Shown: positions 24,251 to 35,811, counted from the first letter of the whole stretch. The stretch: DNA of 62,639 nucleotides, filler included, from Pirum gemmata (GCA_002812295.1; 23 parts of 23 records of this genome joined end to end with filler, not necessarily neighbours in it), one strand, 5' to 3'. The notes: generated by a model from the sequence alone, not told the origin. A program made the numbers and translations.

Positions 24251-24567
24251 TTATGGTTCATACGGTGGTGGAGCACAACCAGATTCCACTTGCTGTATCC
24301 TGATTCTATGTCTTTCTAAACTATCATTCAAAACGTTAGTTCCATATTGCGCAGTGTACAGCGCAATTAACTCTTCTCTTCGGGCATCCGTAAGAGGTGA
24401 TTCAAGTTCATATTGATTAAGAAAATATAACAACTGATTGATACGTTGTTGTTGTCTTTGTCTTTGTCTTTGTCTTTGTCTTTGTTGCGGTATAAGAGAG
24501 GTTTCAGATTCCCGAAAAAAACCTCCTCTAAGGGTGTTGCGAAAGGTGGAGTAATTACTAGTCCGGA

Positions 24568-24614
<47 letters not shown>

Positions 24615-25255
24615 AAATTATTGTTTATGCAATCACTGTAATATTCATTGATATATCTAGAATAAAGATCATATGTCTGGTCATCGACGTTATTTTCACA
24701 ACAACAAGCGCAACATCCGTAACCAGTCAGTTTCCAACTAATCACAAAAACAGTTAAACTTAAGCCTACAGAAACACACACAAAAATACAAAACACCATT
24801 AAATTAATGATAATAAATTTGAAACAAACTTAATAATGGTAATAAACAAGAAATACATTCCAAGTAAGCAAGAAAGAAAAAACACAAGCAAAACAAAAAA
24901 AAAGTAGGAAAAATCAAATACAATGCTGCAGAATGAACACCAATTACATAATTTTATAAAGATTTAGGTAACACCCCCTCCACACACAAGTACCACTCCC
25001 CCCCCCCTCAATAATTTAGAAAAAATCACTTTTTTCTTCTCAATTTAGAAAAACTATTTTTTTAAAAAAAACTAAAACTAAAACTTAACCTAAGCTAATA
25101 AAAAGTTATATATAAATATATATATATATGTATTTAAAAAAAAACAAACCAATGCATCCACAGAGCAAGAAATATCCAGACTTGTATTCACATTCATGCC
25201 CGACATTAAATACTGTTGCTCCGGGACAATGATGTGAAATAGTATCTATATTCAT
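24251..25255 (-). CDS. Single-pass membrane protein with Cys-rich N-terminus, juxtamembrane Cys cluster and C-terminal PPPY motif (exons 25255-25150 and 24828-24251, about 227 aa)
   Basis: Phase-consistent splice (g|gtttgt ... taag|tt) gives MNIDTISHHCPG...LCGCIVCFKFIIINLMVFCIFVCVSVGLSLTVFVISWK..GCCACCC...CAPPPYEP*. Confidence 0.65.
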
Positions 25256-26278
25256 ATATATATATAATTTTAATAGCAAAAATAGGAAAAAAAAAATGCA
25301 CAAAAAACAAACCAACCCAAAAAAAAAGTATATATATAATGTAAATGAAACGGGAGTGGTTTCGAACTTTCGATAGACTTTGATGTTGGTGTTGGTGTTG
25401 GTGCTGGCGGTTGCAGATATTTTAATGTAATTATTTTGATCATTATCATTATCATTACTATTATTGTTGTTATTGTTATTAGCATGTATTAGTATAGTGA
25501 GGACACAATTTCAAATTTACAACTATTTTTTTTTTTTTTTTTTTTTTTCTAGTGTATTACTATTACTATAGCTATTATTATTACTATCAATATTACTAAT
25601 ACTATTGTCATTACTAGTATTAAAACCTTTATTTATGAACACCACACAAGCAAAAAACAACTAACAGATACAAAGTAGACTGAACGAACACCCGCAAGTA
25701 CAAAATTACTAACAAATCTAATTAACTAACAAAACAAAACAAAACAAAACATGTAAAACAAACAAGCAAAAAATCACACCCANNNNNNNNNNNNNNNNNN
25801 NNNNNNNNNNNNNNNNNNNNNNNNNNTTAATTAATTAANNNNNNNNNNNNNNNNNNNNNNNNNNNNNNNNNNNNNNNNNNNNACAAAAAAGCATATGATA
25901 CATTTAAACTAAAGAACAAAGGGGCTGTATACTCCAAAGCATCTAAGTAGAGAAAAAATGTACTGATTTTTATTTACAAGTAATTCTACTAGTAATTATA
26001 CTAACTAAAGAAAAATTGTTACCAAATAAAGAAATATAAGTGCATTATAACTTCGGAAAAAATTTTGGGGTTTCGGACGGATCCGACTGACCCTCGGAAA
26101 AGTCGGACGGATCCGAAAAAAATTTTGTCGGATTGAAAAACATTCGGACGGATCGGAGAACAGAGCAAGTCGGACGGACGGAATCGGATTTGATTATTCG
26201 TCGGAACGAACCGCTCTGTCTATGCCTGCCGTCAAATACCTTGATTCTTTTTTTCGCTATGTCTAGCGAATGATAAAA

Positions 26279-26385
26279 AGTGGTTTCCTTCGCAGCGAAA
26301 GGAATTGATGGTTTTGGCAACGTTTGGATCATGGTGCTAACAGTGTGCTAACCCATCAATTCCTTTCGCTGCAAAGGAAACCACT
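26279..26385. repeat. Near-perfect inverted repeat (hairpin, 107 nt)
   Basis: agtggtttccttcgcagcgaaaggaattgatgg pairs with ccatcaattcctttcgctgcaaaggaaaccact (33 bp, 1 mismatch). Confidence 0.85.
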
Positions 26386-26804
26386 AGATTTAGTATTTCA
26401 ATAAGTGGAATTTGAATAATAGTAGTAGTAGTATGTACTACCGGGTAGATATGTAGTATGATAGTATGATAGCTAGTAGTATAATTATATAGTACTTTTC
26501 AGCTGTTTTGTCATCATAAATATACAATAAATAGTGCCAAATTAGTACAATATACATCCATTTAATTTCATTTGGTATATTTTATTATCTATTTATCGAT
26601 TTAAAAATGACAATTTAAATATTATAACCCTCCAAATAAATATTCAGAGTGAGAAAATAAATGAAAATCACGATAGGACTCGACAGTGTCTAGTAGCTAG
26701 TCTACACTCTCCTATCGTAGCTATCATAAGTATCATAATATTATCATATCATACTGGTATCGATAATGTTCAGATCTACTCAGTAGGAGCTTTCGAGCCT
26801 ATGC

Positions 26805-26968
26805 ATTAATTAAATAAGTTCGGAATTTTAAACTAACAGTTAAATATTCCAAAGTATATTTATTTATAAACCCGAAAAATGGAAAAAATAATTTTCGAAC
26901 AGGGCTGAATTTTGGCTTTTTTTTCGACAGCAGAAATTCGAGTTTTCGGGCTCGAGCAGAATTGGGAG
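26805..26968. repeat. Dispersed repeat family E
   Basis: Reverse-complement homolog at about 32594-32765 (aaacccgaaaaat...ttttcgaac...gctgaattttggcttttttt.gacagca.aaattcgagtttt). Confidence 0.75.
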
Positions 26969-27434
26969 TCCTAGCTAGCTACTAGCTATCATATGATATC
27001 ATAGTAGTCATAGCTAGCTACTAGCTAGTCATAGTAGCTGCTGTAGCTAGCTAGCTAGTAGTAGCTATCATAGTAGCTGCTGTAGACTGTAGTAGTATCG
27101 ATATCATACTAGCTAGCTAGCTAGCTACAGTCTAGCTACTCAATATCAGACCTAGCTAGCTAGCTAGTAGACCGGTACTAAAGTGATACTAGCTACTAGC
27201 TAGCTAGACTAGTAGCTTAGCTAGTAGGGCGCAGGGGCTGGGCTGCTAAGGAATTTTATCTCTTTTACTTTAGTTATCGATAGTTTTATCGATATGAATT
27301 TATGATAGTATAGTATACTTATCGATAGATAGTATATCTGATATCATTATATATAGATAACTATAGTAGTGTATTTATGAAATTATGATGAGAAATTGAG
27401 AATTATTATAGGAATTTATGGATAGGAATCATTC

Positions 27435-27548
27435 ATAAAAGACGTCACCTAATCTTACCTATGCCTCTCTCTTTGCCCAAAACACTTTTGGACATAAATT
27501 TAAAGTTCATTTTAATAATTAATTACTGCCTAAAACAGTTTAAGTCGT
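27435..27548. repeat. Dispersed repeat family F
   Basis: Reverse-complement homolog at about 40830-40933 (gacgtcacctaat.ttacctatgcctct...aaagttcattttaataattaattactgcctaaaacagtttaagtc). Confidence 0.8.
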
Positions 27549-27998
27549 CAAGTCAGTTTTGAACTTTTGACAAGTCTTCCTATTATTAAATCACTACTAT
27601 CAGATCTGCCTCTTTTTCCCCCAACCCCCCCTTCGGCCCCATCCAACCATTTTGTCTACCGGTACCTCTAACCCTAGCTAGACTAACCATTTTTTTTTTT
27701 TTTTTATATCATAGCTCCATGCTCCTGATACTACTATATCAATCCTACTATCAACCACATTATTATCATTATCATTATCATTATTATTGTTACTATTATT
27801 ATTTCACCCACACCCACACACGTAGTATTACAGTGAGAATTTGTTAATTTTTAGGTTTTTATTTGAGGTATATGGGAATAAATAGTTGATCTCAATAGTT
27901 GAACAAAACAAGTATAAATAATATACGTAATATACAGATCTCTCTCTTTTTTTATCAATTTCTGTACAATAATAAATAAATTTAAAATTGAATTAAAA

Positions 27999-28109
27999 AT
28001 GTTTTCCAAATTTGTTTTGAAAAGATCTTATTATTCTGTAAGAACCATGACGACTTTGGTTAAGCCGAAATTTACTGATGTTTCCATTATTGGAGTTCCA
28101 TTTTCAGGT
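27999..28109 (+). CDS. Arginase/ureohydrolase exon 1 with putative mitochondrial transit peptide
   Basis: MFSKFVLKRSYYSVRTMTTLVKPKFTDVSIIGVPFSG followed by a GT donor. 'vsIIG.PFSgGQ' is the arginase N-terminal motif; the leader is basic, hydroxylated and free of acidic residues. Not in the ORF track. Confidence 0.7.
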
Positions 28110-28477
28110 GTTTGTTATTGAAGTTTATTTCATAATTCATTCGGTTCGTTGAACAATTTTTATTGTTGTCTCATTTCTTTATTCAACTTTTACTCTTATC
28201 GCTTCGCTAGCGTCGGGGTTAAGGTTAAGGTTAAGGATGGGGTTTATTATTATTATTATTACTANNNNNNNNNNNNNNNNNNNNNNNNNNNNNNNNNNNN
28301 NNNNNNNNTTAATTAATTAANNNNNNNNNNNNNNNNNNNNNNNNNNNNNNNNNNNNNNNNNNNNCATTATCATTATCATTATCATTATCATTATTTTTAT
28401 TATTAAAAAGCAAAAAACAAAAAACAAAAAACAAAAAACAAAAAACAAAAAACAAAAAACAAAAACAAGAAATAAAA

Positions 28478-28906
28478 ATGGAAGATCAACAAGAAGATAA
28501 GCTCATGTATTTTTTTATTTTGATAGTTTTTTTTATTTATACTTATTTTTTTAATTCGAATAATATAACACAATCACGTCTTTTAATTTTTACTTCAAAT
28601 TTACCTCTCATATTCATCAACATATTCATTATTATATCATAATCATAATCATAATCCTAACTCTAACCTTACCCACTAACCATAGCCTTATTCCTTACTT
28701 TAAACTTAACCCTAAACTTAACCCTGTCCCTATCCTTATTTTTAACTCTTAGAATAATAACAGTAATCATTATTTTTATTGTTTTATTGTATTTTATTGA
28801 AAAAGGAATACAATCTTGAAAAAGCGAGCTGCCAATTTTTACAATTTACTATTTCAAGGATGTGGAAAAGCGAATTGCGAGAATAAATACTGCGCTTCGA
28901 ACTCTT
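28478..28906 (+). CDS. 5' exons (28478-28506, 28806-28906) of an AZUL zinc-domain protein, likely a UBE3A/E6AP-like HECT ligase
   Basis: Phase-consistent splice gives MEDQQEDKLMNTILKKRAANFYNLLFQGCGKANCENKYCASNS, matching the AZUL pattern y..L..GCG...C.N..CAS; gtaaat donor at 28907. The HECT domain is not in this contig. Confidence 0.8.
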
Positions 28907-29447
28907 GTAAATTAACTTAACCCAGTTTTTATTGGACTCACTTCACTTCTGTTTTTACCTATACTGATACTCCTTTTAGACCTTTTTTTCTACCTTTATG
29001 GTAGTGATGGTAGTGATGGTAGTGATGGTAGTGATGGTAGCGATGGTAGTGATGGTAGTGATGGTAGTGATGATAGTGACGGTAGTGACGGTAGTGACGG
29101 TAGTGATGGTAGTGATGGTAGTGATAGTGGTGTTGATGGTATAGTGATAGTGGTGTTGATGGTAATGGTGATGATAATGTAGGTTATGTTCCACCTTATG
29201 TTCTACCTATACTACTAACCCTTCTAAACTTTGCTAATGGTGGTAATGGTATTGGTGATGGTGATGATGATGGTAATGTTGGGATTGTAATGACTGAAAT
29301 GATGGTTATGTTGATAATTATGATGATAATTATGATTATGATGATAAATAGGGATAATAATAATGATATGTTAGTAGTATGTGTAGGTAGTGGTTATTTT
29401 ATTAATAATAAAATGAATAATAGTAATAACAATAATAATAGTAAGAC

Positions 29448-29489
<42 letters not shown>

Positions 29490-30565
29490 CAACAAAATCA
29501 GCAGCATTTTGATTATCCCCCTGCATTAAAAATATTTCTGAAAGTTGTAATAATGCATCTACGTGGTATGGCATCCGTTGTATTATTGCTTTTGAAATCA
29601 AACAAATAATAACCACAACAACAATAATAATAATAACAACAGATAAATTCAAAATAAAACAGCAAATTAAATAAATTAAATTAAATAAATAAATAATAGT
29701 GATAGTAATAGTGATAGTAATAATGATGGTAATAGTAAAAATGATAATGGTAACCGTAATAATAATGATAATGGTAAGTAATAGTAATATAGTAGTAATA
29801 TAGTAGTAATATAGTAGTAATGGCAATAGCATAATAAGTAAATAATAGTAATATTAAAGTAATAGTAAGAATAAAGTAATACTAATACTAATAGCAATAG
29901 TAATATTAATAGTAATAGTAAGAATAATAGTAATACTAATACTAATAAAAATAGAAATAATAATAGTAATAGAAATCAAACAAATAAAAAATAAAAAAAC
30001 AGATAAATGCAAAAATAATAGTGATAGTAATACTGATAGTAATACTGATAGTAATAGTAATGGTAATAGTGAAAGTAATGATAATGGTAATCATAATAGT
30101 AGTGATCATGGTAATTAGTAATAGTAATATAGTAGTAATATAGTAGTAATGGAAATGGTAATGGTAATAGCATAATAAGTAAATAATAGTAATATCAATA
30201 GTAACAGTAAGAATAATAGTAATAGTAATTAATAGTAATAGAAATAAAAATAGTAATGGAAATCAAACAAATAATAACCAAAAAACAGATAAATGCAAAA
30301 TAAAACAACAAATTAAATAAATCAAATTAAATAAATAAATAATAGTGATAGTAATAGTGATAGTAATACTAGTAATATTAATAATAATAGTAAGAATAAT
30401 AGTAATAGTAACTGTAATAAGTAATAGTAATAACAATAGTATAAGTGATAGCAATAGTAATAGTAATAGTAATAGTAATAGTAATAGTAATAGATAGTAA
30501 TAGTAATAGTAATAGTAATAGTAATAATAATAATAATAATAACAGTAATAATAGTAATAGTAATA

Positions 30566-30596
<31 letters not shown>

Positions 30597-30793
30597 TGGA
30601 AATAGAAATAGGGTTAGAGTTAGGGTTAGGGTAAGAGTAAGAGCAAGGGTTGGGGTTAGGGTTATGGTTAGAGTTAGGGTTAGGGTTAGGGTTAGGGTTA
30701 GGGTTAGGGTTAGGGTTAGGGTTAGGATTAGGGTCAATAATAATACCAGCAATATTATCTGGATTTAAAGATTCCACCGACTGAAAAAACCTT
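29490..30793 (-). CDS. TCF25: Two internal exons (about 30793-30747 and 29588-29490) of TCF25/Rqc1 ribosome quality-control factor
   Basis: Spliced in phase: FFQSVESLNPDNIAAIIQRMPYHVDALLQLSEIFLMQGDNQNAADFV, matching the TCF25 signature 'AVES..P.NI...LQ..PYHVDSLLQLS'. Confidence 0.88.
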
Positions 30794-33289
30794 NNNNNNN
30801 NNNNNNNNNNNNNNNNNNNNNNNNNNNNNNNNNNNNNTTAATTAATTAANNNNNNNNNNNNNNNNNNNNNNNNNNNNNNNNNNNNNNNNNNNNATATATA
30901 ATATTAATAATATTATTAATATTAATAAAACAAGAAACGAAACAAACCAAAAAAACGAAAAATTACGTTTATGTTAACGTTACGTTACTGCAGCTGCACT
31001 GGTTATTATACAACTATTTTTTATTATTAGTGTTGTCGCTGTTGTTGGTATGGTGATTGTTGTTGTTAATTAACCATGTATATGGGTTATGGGTGATTAA
31101 CTGTGTTGTGCTTGTTGTTAAATAGTTATTATAAAACTCATGAATATCTATAAGTGCTGTTGTTGTTGCTTGTTGCTAGCGCTGTTATTAATATATATTT
31201 TTGGTTTTGTAAATGGTATACGTATATTATTATTATTATTTATTTATTCTTGTTGATATTGTTAATAAAGTTCTATTGTAGTTGTCATATGGTTAGGTTG
31301 TCATATTATACATTATGGTAACGTTTTTAATTTAAATATTATGCATGTACCTGATAATATTAACATTAAAATTACAATGTTATTACTGTAGTTCTGTATA
31401 ATGCACCAACTATAATTTCAAAAATATAATATAATATAATATAATAATATGATAACTTAGGGTTTTTAATAATAACACCAACTATATAATATAAATGGGT
31501 AATATGTATTGTCATTATGTTTATTTGAAAATAATATAATATTAAAATAATAATCAAAACAACTAAACTGCTTTTTATTTATTTTGTCACTGAATTTGGT
31601 GGGTTATAACCTTTATTAATTAAGTTAATATTTTTAAATGAATTAATAAATAATAAAACATATCAAATTAAATTAAATAGATTAATATTGTATTACTTTG
31701 GTACTATTAAATTTTTATAAAATATATCATAATTATATATTTTTATAAAATATATAAAATATATCATGATAATTATCGTGCTTTTCATTTATTTTGTCAC
31801 TCTAAATATTAAGTTGGTGGGTTAAAATATTTAAATTGACATTTTTTTATCAATATATAGATAATAAAATATACGAAATTAAATTAAATGGTAATATATT
31901 GTATTAATTTGGAACTATTTTATGATGACAAAACAACTGACCGGGTCTATATATTTTTTAATATGATACAGACGAAACAACTGTTTTGAACTCACCATAC
32001 CCTAACCCTAACCCTAACCCTAACCCTAACCCTAACTCTAACCCTAACCCTAGCCCTGTGATAATAACCCTAACCCTAACCCTAGCTAGGTCCCTAACCC
32101 TAACCCTAACCCTGTGATAATTTGCCAAATATAGTAGTGGAAATATAAATTTTTTTGAAAAAAAATATATATTTATCAAATATAGCAAATTGTTGCAAGA
32201 GAATTGAAGAGATTGCTCTATCATACTAGAGAGATTCTTATGGTCTACGCCTAGACCTATAGCTTTTTTTAAAAAAATATTCTTAGTCTCCCAGATGGCA
32301 TTTACCACATGTGATTAACCAATAATCAGCATAAAGTCGACAAAAAGTTAACCAGAGATCGGCAAAATTTCCGCTAAAGCTTTCATTATTGGATAAAATG
32401 AAAATAATCTAACCTCTAACACTCCTCTAACTATGAACTTTATTTTTTGTCACTGTTTTTGGCTCTGTTTTTTGCCGTTTTTTGCCAGCGATTAACACGA
32501 GTTTGGTAGTGTTTGGTAAATTGGTATTTACTAGTTTGGTCAAGTCCTAGAGTGGTCACTGGTCATTGGTCAAGTGGCCTAAATCAAGTAGGCCTCTCCC
32601 AGTTCTTCTCAAACCGTAAAACTCGAATTTTTGCTGTCAAAAAAAAGCCAAAATTCAGCTTCGTTCGAAAAATATTTTTTTTTCATATTTTTCGGGTTTA
32701 TTAATAAATAAATATATTTGAATACTTAATTGTAAGCTTGAACATTTCGAACTTATTAATTAATATATAGACNNNNNNNNNNNNNNNNNNNNNNNNNNNN
32801 NNNNNNNNNNNNNNNNNNNNNTTTTTTTTTTTTTTTTTCTATGATATCTACTTGTAGCTTCTATCATATTTTTTAATTTTTTTTTTAACTATGAAGCCGG
32901 ATAAAAATGCCGACATCCGCTATATGAGCTCAAAAATCCAAAAAATATTAAAATGAACCATTTCAAAATTAAAGTACTACCAAATTTTGAGAAATTGTGT
33001 AGTTAAGAAAACTCTATTATGAACTATTGGCTAGTTTTTAAAAATAGTTGGGCTGGTTAGCAATTTAAGGTTTTAGAAAAGAAGTCTAAAAAAAATAATT
33101 TCTACAGTTTCATCCGACTTGGCTAAAAAAAAAAAAAAAAAAAAANNNNNNNNNNNNNNNNNNNNNNNNNNNNNNNNNNNNNNNNNNNNTTAATTAATTA
33201 ANNNNNNNNNNNNNNNNNNNNNNNNNNNNNNNNNNNNNNNNNNNNGTTTTGTTTGTTTTGTTTGTTTTGTTCGTTTTGTTTGTTACTAC

Positions 33290-34700
33290 TTTTTACTTGC
33301 ATAAATATGTATTTTATAAATATAATCATTAAATTCAAGTAACCTAACCCTAATCCTAACCTAACCCTAATCCTAACCTAATCCTAATCCTAACCTAACC
33401 CTAATCCTAACGTAACCCTAATCCTAACCCAAATCTGACGAAATATAGTTTAATTTACTACTTCATATTTACTATTTCTAATTGGTATTTACTACTTACA
33501 ATCTTAACAGACCAAATGATGCTTATTACAAAACCCCTAACCCTACTAATTATTACTTGCTATTTACTACGTATAAGTATGTAAATTGAGTTATTGATAT
33601 AATCATCAAATTCAACTGACCTAACCCTAATTCTAACCTGAACCTAACAAAACATAGTGGAATTTACTATTTAATATTTACTATTACTTGTTATTTGTTA
33701 TTTACTACTTCCAACAACACTATTTTAACAGACCAAATGATGCTCATTACAAAATATTGTAACAGCTAACCCCTAACACTACTAATTATTACTTGCTATT
33801 TACTACGTATAAATATGTATGTTGAGTTATTAATATAATCATCAAATTCAACTAACCTAACCCTGATTCTAACCTGAACCTAACAAATTATAGTGTAATT
33901 TACTATTTACTATTTACTATTAGTTGTTATTTGTTATTTACTACTTCCAATAATTATCTTAACAGACCAAATGATGCACATTACATATATTATTTTAGCA
34001 GACCAAATGATGCACATTCCAAAATATAATAGTAGCCAACCCCTAGCCCTACTACTTATAAATTGCTATAAATATGTATTAGGTGAGTTAATAGAATCAT
34101 ATAGCCAACCCCTAACCCTACTACTTATTAATTGCTATAAATATGTATTATGTGAGTTAATAGAATCATCAAATTCAAGTAACCTAACCTTAATCCTAAC
34201 CTTAATCCTAACCTTAACCTAAAAGCATAGTGTAATTTACTATTTACTATTTACTATTTACTATTTGTTATTTAATATTTGTTATTTGTTGTTTAATACT
34301 TACAATAATAATATTAACAGACCAACATTACAAAATGTTCTAATAACTAAACCCTAAACCTACTAACCCTAACCCTAACCCTAACCCTAACCCTAACCCT
34401 AACCCTAACCCTAACCCTAACCCTAACCCTAACCCTAACCCTAACCCTAACTTACCCTAACCCTAACCCTAACCCTAACCCTAACCCTAACCCTAACCCT
34501 AACCCTTACCCTAACCCTAACCCTAACCCTATTTACTGCACATACATATGTATTATGTGGGTTAGTAATACAATCATCAAATGCAAATACTAATCCTAAG
34601 CCTATCCTTAACCTAACAAAACAGTATAATTTACTATTTACTATTTACTATTTGTTATTTGATATTTGATATTTGATATTTGATATTTACTAACAATAGT
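33290..34700. repeat. Complex tandem repeat (about 240-400-bp units) with CCCTAA-variant tracts and a nearly pure (CCCTAA)n array at about 34365-34530
   Basis: aatcatcaaattcaa.taacctaaccct...atagtgtaatttactattt...ttaacagaccaaatgatgc recurs at about 33324, 33601, 33838, 34164 and 34572. Confidence 0.88.
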
Positions 34701-34739
34701 ATACTATGTGAGTTATTCATACAATTGCAAGCAGCAAAT

Positions 34740-35580
34740 TCAAGTATACAAACCAAAAACTTGCTCAATCTGTTCAAGCCCTACTTTAACAATAAACTTC
34801 GAACTTCGACCATAACTTTTCCCGCCTAAAATAAAAAAATCAGGTTCAGGGTGCTTGAACAAATCTGGGCCGGGGAAAGATTGATTTAAACAATTAAAGG
34901 TACCAGCTCCAGTTTTTGGTAATAATGTTGCCGCCAATTTAATAGGGCCATCAGTAGCCCAACAAGGGTGAACTTGTAATTCACTTTCAATGGATAAATC
35001 AGGTCTAAATCCACAACAACTGATAATTTGATCAACAGAGTAAGTTGCCAATGATGCTAGGAATTCTACTTTCGACATATTATTATGTTCGTTGGGGTCT
35101 TTTTGTAATTTAAAAAGTTGCACATCTACTTCATTATTGTTGTTGGAAACTTTGTAAATACCTCGAGCGCCTATATGGATAATAAAGGCAGTTTAATTAG
35201 TAATAAACACTAGATTATACAAGATAATAGTTAGTTTAAAAGTTTTAAAATATTCGAGAAAATCCATATAACCCTAACCCTAGCCCTAACCCTTACCCTA
35301 ACCCTAACCCAAACCCTAATCCTAATCCTAATCCTAACCCTAACCCTAACCCTAACCCTAACCCTAACCCTAACCCTAACCCTAAACCACCCTACATATA
35401 AAATAGTGATAAAAGATAAAAAAATAAGTTTATTACCTAAATAGGTCACTCTTACATCAGAGTTAAAATCATTTATATCAGTATCCTCTTTAAATGTACT
35501 GCTAAGTTGATTGCCAAGATCAGCAAGTTCATCTCGTTGTGGTAAAGGGTCATTTTCAACTCTTTCGTAGGGTGATTTTC
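34740..35580 (-). CDS. Last two exons (35580-35437, 35170-34740) of a bacterial-type FAD/NAD(P)-dependent oxidoreductase or monooxygenase
   Basis: In-phase splice. Motifs PYERVENDPLPQRDELA, VDQIISCCGFRPDLSIESELQVHPCWATDGPIKLAA and HPEPDFFILGGKSYGRSSKF...G.EQI match the bacterial flavoprotein C-terminus 'HPEP.FYI.G.KSYGR..FL...G.EQ'. Confidence 0.85.
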
Positions 35581-35778
35581 CTGTTCAAATAAAAATACAA
35601 TTGAAATAATTTAAAATAATAATGATACCATTGCTTTTCAATAAATATATCTAAATATCTATATCTACATCTGTATATNNNNNNNNNNNNNNNNNNNNNN
35701 NNNNNNNNNNNNNNNNNNNNNNTTAATTAATTAANNNNNNNNNNNNNNNNNNNNNNNNNNNNNNNNNNNNNNNNNNNN

Positions 35779-35811
<33 letters not shown>

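Noticed and set aside
26045..26332. 95-aa ORF and CGGA-rich segment (similar texture at 42790-43235)
   Set aside because: Short cggacggatc-type repeats typical of transposon subterminal DNA; there is no protein motif, and element boundaries could not be defined.
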